Below, in pieces: positions 43,419-54,776 of a stretch of 64,000 nt of DNA. The stretch's first letter is position 1; every line of letters begins with the position of its first letter. Below the pieces are notes generated by a model. It ran no database searches, was not told where the DNA came from, and saw only the letters and a program-made list of their open reading frames with translations. The stretch spans positions 32,258-96,257 of the forward strand of contig PDIP01000046.1 in NCBI GenBank assembly GCA_002811645.1. Direction: 5' to 3'. The translations under genes and the position numbers were made by a program. This stretch comes from Corallochytrium limacisporum Hawaii (Eukaryota > Protista > Pluriformea).

Positions 43419-45882
43419 GACTACGTAATTCTACCGCCCGAAACGAGTTATATAGGACCAAAGAAACATGAGATTTGAACAAATTCTGCGCTTAGCAATG
43501 GGCACAATGGTTCCTTAATACCCTGGATATTTCCACCTTTCGGTTATGTCCCCATCGGATTTCGCTTGGCAAACCTTTTGACTGCGTAGCCTGGCAAACA
43601 CAGACGACGCAATCATCACATGCGCGGGACTGAACACAAAGGCATCAACCGGGGCAGGCGTGGTGGCTACGGTTTTAAAAATGGTCTTCACATCTTCCCC
43701 ACTCTCCCTGACCCCGCTGACTTTGCCAGCAACCAACCACCGGCGTGATCCGGCTGCCCATTTTCACAAGTGTAAAATGGCTCTGAAAACTTCCCTTCAT
43801 TTACTATAGTATGGTAGCAGGACCAGACTAGGCGGTGATATCGATTGAATACAGATGAACACGGTGTCCGGTCTGCGCTGTGCGCTGTTCACGCCGCCGC
43901 AACCAGCAGCAACCCACAAATCAGGTGGAATGCAAGGCAAGAAACAGGAAAGTGATGCTCTTCCTCGATTTAAACCTACCCACACCTCCGTGGAACTCAA
44001 ATTAGGTACTAAATAAATTGATAAAATATTCGGCGCAGAACCAAATTCTGGGATCTAAGGCAGTACGCTCCCCCCCCCCCTCTTCAGTTGCATTGTACAA
44101 AAATGACGGGCAGGACGAACGTGAAACATGCCGCTCTCAGCCCAGTACGGGCGTTTATCTCTCCACCCGGCTTATACTCGTTTCCGGTGTCCCCCACTCG
44201 AGAAGACAATGCGTCGAGGACAAAGTTGTGTTTCATCTAGTAACCCACAGTTTCTACGTTTTAGGTTGTAAAACATCTCGCGCAAGACGACTATAATACA
44301 AAAAGGGGAAACATACGGAAAGTGAATGGGAAAGCTGATGGAAAGCAAGTGTGGATGGCACAGGTACTGTTTTTGGATGTTCAGTCTCCTCCGGGACTTG
44401 GGGGGCAACAGCCGCCCGAGTCAATTTGCTCCCCTGGAGCGCACACTGCGTGGCCCAACCAGTTCCACCAGTGCGCACAAGACAAAAAGTATCGGCCACG
44501 CCATGGTGATGATACACTCCCCCGGGGCCCACCCGCCCCTTCTCGCTAACCAAGGGTGTGTTTCGGTTGATGAAGCACGCATTTTTGCACCATTTTGTTT
44601 TTGGTGTCACCAAAGAAACCCTTGCCCCCCCCCNNNNNNNNNNNNNNNNNNNNNNNNNNNNNNNNNNNNNNNNNNNNNNNNNNNNNNNNNNNNNNNNNNN
44701 NNNNNNNNNNNNNNNNNNNNNNNNNNNNNNNNNNNNNNNNNNNNNNNNNNNNNNNNNNNNNNNNNNNNNNNNNNNNNNNNNNNNNNNNNNNNNNNNNNNN
44801 NNNNNNNNNNNNNNNNNNNNNNNNNNNNNNNNNNNNNNNNNTCAGCACACAACCAGCCAACAGGTCCGCACGGTTTTTATACAACCCCCCCCCCCCCGGG
44901 GGGCCGAAGTTAAGAAACTCAGGGAGGTGCCTCGGATTACTTCAGGCGTAGTAAAGATCCAATTCAGCCACCGGTGCTTGGAATGGGCGTGCGTGTCTGT
45001 GCAACCCTCACGGCAGCCCTGTAACTCCTTTTCTTCTCGCAGACGGCAAAGCCCCGGTCTGTTCATCGGGCGCACTGACAACTAACTGAAAGGCGCCCAA
45101 CAAACTTGCCCTTTGTTTCCCATTGGTTTTGGCTTGCTCACCCTCGGCTCGCTTGGGGGTCCATTCCGTAGACCACTACTCCCATCACCCTCCATCCGGA
45201 ACGAGCGGGGAGGCCATTGGCCCCCCTCTCCCCGGGGGGGGGGTGTTTGATCACGCCTGGGTTCCACCCGGCGAACAGTTTCCAGCCGCTCGCAATGTGA
45301 TGTGCCGCGGTTCTCATGCTATGCCCGCAGTACTGCCAGCAGGTATAGCGTTCCCCGGGGGGGGGAGAGGGTAGGTGACCACCAAAGGGGGGTACAAACG
45401 CCACGACGCGGGCCGGAACATGTGATTTTCCTAAACAGCGAGTTCGTTTGCGGGTGTGACTTGCACTGAAGTGCGGAGAGAACGTGGCTGGCACTGTTAC
45501 CGTGTGTGCGCAGGGACTTCGGAATGAGACACAGACAAGAACAAGATCCTTTGTACATTTTGGTATTGTTCACCCAATAGGCGAATTGGAAGGTCCAGCA
45601 GCCCTCATGTTCATTCAAGGGATGACACGGGAGTCTCGCTTACGGATGGATTTCGAATGGGGCATTACATAGTTGGTGTGGCACAAAGTATGACGTCTAT
45701 AGAAGATGGAAGCCGACGATGAGGACGACATGCTTTTGGGCCGGTGCCTTCGGTGAGCTGAGAGCGGCTTGGAATAGTGAGTGCATTGAGTGGCCGGTGT
45801 GGGCCCGCACGGTAGACGGCATGAATGATGGGCAATTCCTAGTAGACAATAGTATGAATGTATTTCGCTGCTCCCGTGGTCG

Positions 45883-47013
45883 TCAAGCATCAAATTGAGC
45901 CTCATCGATGCCAACGGCTTCTTCACCTTCGAAGTCGTTGTCTTTGAGATGTTGGGTCTTGCCATCGAGACTGCTAATGGTGCCCATGTGCTGAAACAGG
46001 GACGGCTTGCTGCGGATCCACTTCTCTTGATCGTGAATAGCCTTCCACTTTATCAGCAACCAGTCCACTGGCATTTCCTCGTAAAACATTTTGAAGAATG
46101 TGCCAATCTCCCATAGGTGGTGATCGTGGAACATGCGCCCGATGAATCCAAGACTACAGAAGCTGAGCACGTACCACGTCCGACCACTCTGTTTCTGAAT
46201 CTGCCGCCGCATTTCCGGTAGTAATTGCTTGTGGGTCTTCACATCATCCTCCATCATGATGAAATAGTCTCCACGGCCAGCAGCATACTTGAAGATGTGG
46301 CTAAAGTCCACGTTCTGCTTCGATCGCCACCGTACGCGGCTATCGTCATCGCCGAAGCGTTGCTTCAGGCCATCGTAAGTTGGGTGGAAGGCCTCAGGGA
46401 TGCCAAAGATCTCTAGTAGTCCCTCCTCAATTTCTGTTTCGAAAACAGCATGGAGATTTTGCTTTACACTGTTAAACTCGGCCGATTGCCGATCTGCGAT
46501 CTGAACTAGGATCAGGTGACGCATCCGTTCCTCTACTGGGATTGCCTGCAAGAGACTTTCTATAGTTGCTACGAGGTAGCTATGACCCTTACGACTAACG
46601 GTAGGTATTCCGAAAACGAATTCTACATTCTTTCTGGCACCTCGTGGCGGTTTCGCCATTGCTGTGGCATCGTCCAGCCATCCACCCCATACTTCGGCCT
46701 CTGTGCTCATAGGTTCTCCCTTGCTAGCTGTGCGCAGCATCATCAATTCATTTTGCAGCCGTGCGTTCTGGGCCAAAAGGTGATTATACGTCGGACCAGG
46801 GTGACCGCTGTCCCCGACCACTGTGGTCAGGAATGGGATATACCATACGCCTGTCAGAAGCCACAGTAATAGAAGTAAAAATGCCACGGCGCCAAAGAAT
46901 AAAACGAGTACTGCGTCGAGGTTTACTCGCAGATTTCCCACTTTTATGGTTCTACGTGGAGCCTGTGCCTTGCCGTGGCCGCCGGCACCGTTCACATACG
47001 ACGGCAGCGCCAT
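45883..47013 (-). CDS. MGAT4: MGAT4-family (GT54) N-acetylglucosaminyltransferase, type II membrane protein
   Basis: N-terminal TM helix; FGIPTVSR, YLVATIESL, RVRWRSKQNVDF, MEDDV, LGFIGRMF, PVDWLL and PSLFQHMGTISSL; first ATG at 47013. Confidence 0.9.
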   Translation of the reverse strand: MALPSYVNGAGGHGKAQAPRRTIKVGNLRVNLDAVLVLFFGAVAFLLLLLWLLTGVWYIPFLTTVVGDSGHPGPTYNHLLAQNARLQNELMMLRTASKGEPMSTEAEVWGGWLDDATAMAKPPRGARKNVEFVFGIPTVSRKGHSYLVATIESLLQAIPVEERMRHLILVQIADRQSAEFNSVKQNLHAVFETEIEEGLLEIFGIPEAFHPTYDGLKQRFGDDDSRVRWRSKQNVDFSHIFKYAAGRGDYFIMMEDDVKTHKQLLPEMRRQIQKQSGRTWYVLSFCSLGFIGRMFHDHHLWEIGTFFKMFYEEMPVDWLLIKWKAIHDQEKWIRSKPSLFQHMGTISSLDGKTQHLKDNDFEGEEAVGIDEAQFDA

Positions 47014-47691
47014 GACTGTATCTACTGAAGGGCCCGCATTCCCAAGTTCCTTCACCCGCGAGAATGAATATTTTCGTTCCGTCTGGACAGTTTCAAATTA
47101 CATGACGATAGCTATTGACTAGTTTTGTTTAGTCAGAGTTGATTGGCTCTTACCACTAATCACCTTGTTGTCTTTCTTTGTTATTCTTAGTACCCTGCAA
47201 GCCCAGGGGCGTCCTACGAGAATCCAAAAAGGGGCCTGGTAACACCCGTTCCGTCATCCCTACCACCCCCCCCGCGGGGGCCCTCTCTCCCCTGCCCACC
47301 AAATCGAAGCTTACCAAGGCCCGAGGTTGGCTCCCTCCTAGTCTATTTTCGGCGGCCATTGGCAGACCGGTGGCAGCTCCATCAGTCAGATGGACATGAT
47401 CAAGTCCTTTTCGCCCGAAATCATCAAGGCAGATACACACTTTGAGAATCCATAGCATTGTGAAGCATTTGGCAGTTAGTTTAACTGTGCCGATTACAGA
47501 CGTTAGATGAAGAGTTCTTTAGTTGAATTGATAGGTTTGCGCGCCATCTCCTAGTGGCGCTAAAGATAATCACGCGTCACTGATGTTTGTAGCTTTGTGT
47601 ACCTGACATGTTCCGAATGATCCAGGCACGTGGTGACGATGTTGATTAATGCACGGGACGATCCCGGGGAAGAGACTACATATTGTTTTCC

Positions 47692-48534
47692 TCAGGCGCT
47701 GATAACCTGAAGCCCGGCAATTACCGGAACATCAGACAAGTTTGCTGGCCAGTACATCTGCGGATCGCGTTGTGGTCCACGGGCATAGTTGATAATGACA
47801 TGCATGCACTGTAGCACGTCTTCAAAGTTGACCCATGAGGGCAAGATGTGGATAGGGTTCCCGTTTGTGCACTGTAGACTGAGCAGATCATGTCCCTGGG
47901 CCTGCATCGATAGGAGGCAGCAGGCCATGGCGCGTATGCTAGGCAGGAAACGTGTTGTGGGATCATATAGGAAGTCGATACCAAGCATCCTTGTCGCCTC
48001 CTGGTCGACAGTATCCACCACGGATTGCGGGTATTGCTCACTAAGCATGTGCATGCAAAAGAAGTGCGTGAATTGTTCTGGGGTGATGAGGTCAAGCCGC
48101 CATTTCAACACGTCTAGGACGATAAGCTCTCCTTCCTGGATCTCATCACGTGTGTATGTGTTACGTGTGTAGTGGTTCATGGTGACCAGGGACGGCTGGT
48201 TCTCATCATTCTCCTCATATTTTGCAGATAGAAACAGGCAATTCAGGGCAAATAGCTGCAGTTTGTTCGTAGGCACATCCGTGATGTGCGTGAAGAAGAT
48301 ATCCATGTACAGGAGCGCCCGACGAACGGTTAGGGACAGTAATCCCAGGTCCTTAGAAACATCGAGAATCCAGTCGACCAGGATCCTACGGTAGTGAGGC
48401 TCTGCGAACACAGGCAATTCGTGACTCTGAGCGACCTCTGCCTCATATAGTGCTCGAAGCTGGTGCATCGGTTGGAGGTGGCGCAGGTAGTCTGCCTCCG
48501 CTCCATCCCTATAGATCCAACTTTTTGATACCAT
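47692..48534 (-). CDS. Cyclin, cyclin J-like
   Basis: Cyclin box RRILVDWI...ALLYMDIF...LQLFALNCLFLSAKYEE...ELIVLDVLKWRL..TP; C-terminal fold FLPSIRA; short N-terminus without an obvious D-box. Confidence 0.85.
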   Translation of the reverse strand: MVSKSWIYRDGAEADYLRHLQPMHQLRALYEAEVAQSHELPVFAEPHYRRILVDWILDVSKDLGLLSLTVRRALLYMDIFFTHITDVPTNKLQLFALNCLFLSAKYEENDENQPSLVTMNHYTRNTYTRDEIQEGELIVLDVLKWRLDLITPEQFTHFFCMHMLSEQYPQSVVDTVDQEATRMLGIDFLYDPTTRFLPSIRAMACCLLSMQAQGHDLLSLQCTNGNPIHILPSWVNFEDVLQCMHVIINYARGPQRDPQMYWPANLSDVPVIAGLQVISA

Positions 48535-49755
48535 GATGCTTGCTACTATCCGAGTTTGTTTATGGAAATCGTGTGTGTAACGACTGCGGGTGTGTATGAA
48601 TGATAGAACGACCGCCAGGGCTATTCGACTGCGATATCGGGCAGTGGTGTGTGTAGTGTATCGAACGGTGGTGTGGATGCTGAATGTATGGAACTAATAT
48701 GGGATGTTTCGATTGCTTGTCTATGTCGCGCAGATTGGAATGCTGTCCGCGAACAGAATACCCTGAGAAACAAAGAGCATTCATGGCATTAATCAAGGGC
48801 ACCGATCTGTAAAATACCTGGCATGGAGACAAGGCTGGCGGTAAGCACGAACCTCGCAACGGACAGGCCATTTCAGCGCGCACATAGCGCGGCAGTTATT
48901 TCTGCTCGTCAGCTTTTGCTTGGCGAAGGGTTCAATTTGTATCTAAGGATCGACTGTACCGCACCATTGCGCTGACACCAACGGTTGAGTTTCGTGGAAA
49001 TCCTACCGTTGAATTCGCTCTGCACCGTGATGTTCACTGCCCCCCCCCCACCCCAGGGTACCTGCTGCGCCGGTCCCAAACACCGGTGTGCGAGAGCTCC
49101 AAATGCGAAAGTACGTCAGAAAACTCAATATATTTACTATTGATTGTCACCTCTGCACGCTGCGCAGCCAAGCACCGTTCCCGAGAACATAAGAAACGCC
49201 TCCTCCATGTGTCTCACACCGCTGCGACCGTTTCCTCCTCTCTCGCTTCTGACTGCCTCCCCTTCTCCCACCGCCCGCTGTGTTTATCGCCCTCCCTTGC
49301 TTCCCTCCCTTCTCGTCCATAGTTCTTCGCCTCTAACGGGGGCGTACAACCGTCGCTCGATCTCTGAGTGCCCGCCCCCCCCCCCCGGGGGGGAGGGGAG
49401 GATTTTATTTGCCTNNNNNNNNNNNNNNNNNNNNNNNNNNNNNNNNNNNNNNNNNNNNNNNNNNNNNNNNNNNNNNNNNNNNNNNNNNNNNNNNNNNNNN
49501 NNNNNNNNNNNNNNNNNNNNNNNNNNNNNNNNNNNNNNNNNNNNNNNNNNNNNNNNNNNNNNNNNNNNNNNNNNNNNNNNNNNNNNNNNNNNNNNNNNNN
49601 NNNNNNNNNNNNNNNNNNNNNNNNNNNNNNNNNNNNNNNNNNNNNNNNNNNNNNNNNNNNNNNNNNNNNNNNNNNNNNNNNNNNNNNNNNNNNNNNNNCC
49701 GGGCCCCGGTGCGGCAGTGGCCCGCACTTTACCCTTACCTCTGCCGCCCAGGGCT

Positions 49756-49773
49756 CTGTGTGTGTGTGTGTGT

Positions 49774-49806
<33 letters not shown>
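49756..49806. repeat. Compound (TG)n/(CT)n microsatellite
   Basis: TG run followed by CT run, directly visible next to an assembly gap. Confidence 0.8.
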
Positions 49807-49809
<3 letters not shown>

Positions 49810-52030
49810 CTCTTCAGTGCTCTTGGGTTCTCGGACACTCGATATTTTTTTCTTTTTTTTTTTTATGCTTTTCTTGGGCTGTTTTTTTTTTTTTGCTTTC
49901 CTCTTCGGCTCTTGCCTTTTAATAATTTCGGTCCTTTTTTTGAGCGCGAGAAGTGTGTGCCCGGGAAAAGACCGGGGAGGGGGCGCAGGATAATAAATCC
50001 GCCACCCGCAAGGTCCCTCGGAGTGGGGCGAGTCGGTATTTTTGGTGTACAACACCCGTCCCGACCATTATTCCCTGTTTATTTTTTTTTTATCCAAAAG
50101 CAAATTCATTTTTCTTGTGGTCTTCCTTCTTGCCTATTTCTTTCCTTTTTTTTTATTCTCTGAAAAATCTCTCCCTGTCTTTCCTTCTCTCTCTCTCTCT
50201 CTTTCCTTTTTCCTGTTTTTTTTTTCTTCGGGGTGTTCCCCGTTCTAGCTCGAGTTCTGTGGGGGAGGGCCCACTCAACCGCGGACGGATTGATTCAGAC
50301 CTCCACCACCAACCCTCGTGCCGTGCGCTCTAGCGGGGCAATGGCTTTTTTTTTCCTTTCCTTGGCTTCCCTCCTTTTCGCGCTGAACTCACCGCCACTG
50401 CGCTCAGACCCCAAGAACCAAAAAAAAAGGGGGAGAAAAAAACGGAACAAAACCGGCGCATATTTTCAAACCGCCACTGCGGGTGGCGGAGATCTCAAAG
50501 TTTGCATTGCTCAGGTAATTCACGGGTGAAAACAGACAGTAAAAAATCCTGCCCTCCCTAAATATTGCGCGCTTGGCCCCGGGCCTTTGTCCATGGCTCC
50601 TCCCCCCCCCCTCTCCTCCTCCTTCTCCTCCTTCGCCCGTCTGTGCGCTGCTTGTTCGGAATTGATCTGCGCGGGGCGTGCCCGGCTGTGCGCAGGGACC
50701 CAGTCACAACGGCCGAGGGACGAGGAAGGGGGGGGGGCCTCGTAGTGCGACGCAAAGGAAGGGAGGGGAGGGGCTCGCCCAAAAAAACACAAACCAAAAT
50801 TCCCTTCAGTAGGGACCCGGGGGTTGGGTTGGGCGGTGCGGTAGGTACTGAAAGTACCGCGAAATATCGAGCGCAAACTTCGGCGGAGGGGAACCCGCGC
50901 GGAATTGGTTGGATACGGCGGTCAGCAAGCCGAAGAAGAGGGAAAAGGGAACGCCCCAGAGCGGGGAGGAGGGGGAGGGGGAGAGCCAGCTTCCGGTCAA
51001 ATTGGAATCCCGAACTCGAGTTGGGACGACCCGAATACGCGCGCGGGTTTTGGGCGCAGGATTCCGGATCCAAAACTTCCTTTTGTGCGTCGGACTAACC
51101 CGCAGGAACAGCGCATTTTAGGCAGGGGCCCTTTTTCAGGTCCTGCAGACCGTTAGGTAGCCTCTAAGCAAAGTGTGGTAGCAGCATGATCAGTGCCCAC
51201 CCTGCCCTTGTTTGCTTCCGCCTCGGCCCTGGGTAGGCTGCTTCTGGTGCCCTTGCAATCCTGTATGGGAGTACACACTAAGGGAAATTGTGTAACATCG
51301 TCGCACAGTTCAGATAAAGTGTTGTGACAAAGGTTCACCAGAGTTGCTAGTGATCAATCGATGGCCATGGCCATGTCTTGCGGTCTGATGATCAAAAATA
51401 TTTGTTGCAAAGAATTGAGTGCGCACACACGCGTATCAATCATGCACATGCCATGTTCAAGATAAACCCTCCCGGGTCCGAAGTTAAATACGATAGGATG
51501 ACGAAAGGATTCCGAAGATGAAGACCATCATGACCATACCCCAATATGCCGCAGGGAGCTGTTATGTTTTCTTTTGTATCTAAATTTGTCAACCCGAGGT
51601 ACGGTTTGCTTGCGGATAAAGCAGCCAACAGTCGGACAATAGTGCAGCGTTCGTGGAACTTGAAGAATTGCTTCACAATTCGATTGTTTATACTTCGGTT
51701 CCCACTGTCAGTATTCGTAATGGATCGTGACATATCTTTTTTCACTACAGTGAGCAATGTCCAAATATCATCTCCTACTCATCCCTGAGAGGACTCCTCG
51801 TCACGAGCAAAGAACGCATTCGAACAGGCACAACAAGAACCAGTTACGACTGCTTGAAGACTGCCATGGTACCGCAGAAGGACTAACGTTGTTTGACCGT
51901 TGGAAGGTGCTTGTGTTTGTGTGGGACGTGCAAACGTATGGCAGGAGCGAATGATGATGACGGTAGTGTGATGTGGGGCACGTCCGTCACGTAAAGCTTG
52001 ATGGCGGTGTCTGTTGTACAACCGTTTGCT

Positions 52031-52373
52031 GGCGCGAAAATCCATCGGGATTTCAATAATAAATGTACTGCGCCCTCCTTACAAAATTCAAACTTTCGCG
52101 CCGTCGGTACCAAATAGCTAGGTTGGGTTCGGACCAATGGTGGAGCAGCCGCCCGTTCCGAAGATAGGATTTGGCGCGAAAGCAAAGACCCCCGCCCCAC
52201 CTTCCACTCCGACTTCCATAGCGAACGTTTGGCGAAAATTTTTCTAATACTCTGACAAAACGCATCAATTTTTTAGGATCAAACCATATTTTTTGTCCAG
52301 GAGTCCCAATCGCCGGAGGTGAAGACGGACAAGGGCGAGAGAGGAGAGGAGAAACTGCAGGCAGATTTTGAAA
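52031..52373. promoter_or_regulatory. E2F/CHR/CCAAT cis-regulatory cluster
   Basis: GGCGCGAAA at 52031 and 52173, TTTCGCGCC at 52094, TTCAAA at 52087, GACCAATGG at 52132, TTTGGCGAAAA at 52228, TTTGAA near 52367. Confidence 0.6.
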
Positions 52374-53739
52374 CGGAGACGACGATCGGGCCCGGCGGTG
52401 GGGTGAGGTGGCTGACAAAAAAAACGGACCCCCTTGTAAAATGCGACTCCCGATTCTACCTGAGCGGCAACTAACAAACTTTCCACGGTTATCCTCCATT
52501 GGGGATGATTGAGGAGCCAAACCGGCCCACGAGGTGCTCAGCGGGGGGGACGAGTGATGTGTGGACAAGAGGTTTTGCGCAGGACGAGAAGCATGCGTGC
52601 GATGACTGTTGGCTTGTGTGTGTGTGTGTGTGCCGATGGAGGCTCCACGAGAATTCAAGGTTGTACAGATTGGTATAAATGAAAGATAAATGAGTAAAGT
52701 AATGGGTTGGACGTCCGGTGCTTGGGGACTTCTGTCCCCGAAAGACTAGACCATGTCGTTATTATGTGTCCACTCTGGGTGCATTGAATGAGTAAGTACA
52801 ACGTCGTTTAGACTGGGAATCTGTACGCATATGAAAAAGACTATGAGATAGAGAAGAAGTCGCGTACAATAACTTTGATGCCATTATTTTTTGACGACTT
52901 GGGATTCTTGGCTTTTCTCTTAAATCTACAGGTCGCAAGCATTAATGGCAAAGCATGCTTCGGTATGGAACCTCATAACTGATGGGATTCGTCAGGTTAA
53001 AACCCTGTTTTCCATTTGCCCCGAGGGTCCACATTTATAAACTTCTCTTGTGCATCTCTCTCTTTCTCTTTCACATGCAACTACGGACTTACACCATCTC
53101 CCACCGGGAACTCCGTTCAGAAAGACTAACTTTGACACCCAATTTCGCTTCCTTTCTTAAATCAGCTGTGAAAGCTTTTCATCGGCAAGATATCGGGACA
53201 CCTAAGATGCTTGCAGCAAACAGCATACTGCCCTACATGTCATGAGAAAGTTCAGAGAAACATCTATAAAGAGATTCTTCAACATGTTACAAAAACTGCT
53301 TGGCCATTCGACACGTCTGTGATGAATCAATGATACGAACACAAGCCACACCTTGTTAACAGCCTGTGTATCCATCAGCTGACCACCATTGTCATCGCCA
53401 TCGTCCGGGTTTCAAGTTGCTGACAGTCATGGTGTCTTCAGCAGACGGTCTCTGGCCCCTCCCCCTCCCCAAGGGGGTGGATATCTCATTGTGGAGAATT
53501 GCACAGCTGCGCAGAACGCGAAGCAGCCAAGGTTTGTATGAGTGCGCACCGTGGGAGAGACCGCCCGCAAGCGATGGACCGTCCGGACGTATAATTATCA
53601 ACAATACACCGGCCAAGACGCCGAGAGCTGCGTTCTCGATTCTGCAGGTATTTAACCTTACATCCTCTATGAAAAAACATAATACAATTGCCTTGTTCAT
53701 CATAAAATTTAGTCACAAGTTCTGAAGACACCACCAACC

Positions 53740-54660
53740 ATGGACTATTGCGTGTATGACGTGTTTGCTCGCAGCAAATACAACGGTAACCAACTGGCTG
53801 TCGTCTTCGCTGACGTCCCAGAACAGCAGCAACAGAATATTGCGAAGGAATTCAACTACTCAGAAACCACATTCGTGGCTCAGGTGAGCGACACAGAATG
53901 GCGAATTCGCATCTACACACCGACCGTAGAGCTGGCCTTTGCTGGGCACCCTCTGGTCGGATCGGCGAAGGCCATCTTTGACAAGCATCCAGGACAGACA
54001 TCAGTGACCTTCATCACAAAGATCGGACCGCTGGTGGTCAGGACAGAACCGGATCCTATCCAAAAGGAACTGATTTGGCTCACCGCCGCCAAGCCAACCT
54101 TCGGATCCAAAGATGAGGATCATGCCCGCGCCAAGGAATTGGTCCACTTGGTCGGCTTGGACTACGACACAGACATCGACCAGACTTTACCCGTCTGTCA
54201 AGTTTCCGGCGGTATGTGGTATTGGCTGATTCCGGTCAAAGCCGAGGAGAGCCTTGCCAAGGCAACAGTCAAGGATGTTAGTGGTCTTGTGGACTTTGTC
54301 AAATCGTCGGACGCGAAGTTGGTCTACTTGTTCACACCTCCAACCGCTACGGAACCGCGGCCTGAAGTAAAGGACGTTGAACCAATCTCTGATCTGACCT
54401 GGGTCAGTCGCATGTTTGGCCATGCGTTCGGTGTGCCGGAGGATCCCGCGACGGGCAGTGCGAACGCAAGTTTTGCCGCCTACTGCCAGCGCTACATCTG
54501 CAAGGAGCAGGAAACAGTGAATGCCCTGGTTTTGCAAGGGTTGCCGACTGGACGACCAAGCTTTCTGCATCTTAAGACCGCGATTGAAGACGATGGGTCC
54601 ATAAAGATCATGGTCGGCGGCAATGCCATAAAGACAATGGAGGGCAACTTGACCCTGTAA
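53740..54660 (+). CDS. PhzF-family (phenazine biosynthesis-like) isomerase/epimerase
   Basis: DVF...GNQLAVV, IAKEFNYSETTF, RIYTPTVELAFAGHP, RMF...GVPEDPATGSAN and QG...GRPS motifs. Confidence 0.93.
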   Translation: MDYCVYDVFARSKYNGNQLAVVFADVPEQQQQNIAKEFNYSETTFVAQVSDTEWRIRIYTPTVELAFAGHPLVGSAKAIFDKHPGQTSVTFITKIGPLVVRTEPDPIQKELIWLTAAKPTFGSKDEDHARAKELVHLVGLDYDTDIDQTLPVCQVSGGMWYWLIPVKAEESLAKATVKDVSGLVDFVKSSDAKLVYLFTPPTATEPRPEVKDVEPISDLTWVSRMFGHAFGVPEDPATGSANASFAAYCQRYICKEQETVNALVLQGLPTGRPSFLHLKTAIEDDGSIKIMVGGNAIKTMEGNLTL

Positions 54661-54776
54661 GACAGCCAACCCCCTGAATCATTGAGAATGTATGACTATG
54701 CTAGAACAAGCAGAAGTATAAAGATTTTGTAATACTAAATGCCAAACTAATCACAAGACCGTGCAACGATCATTTT

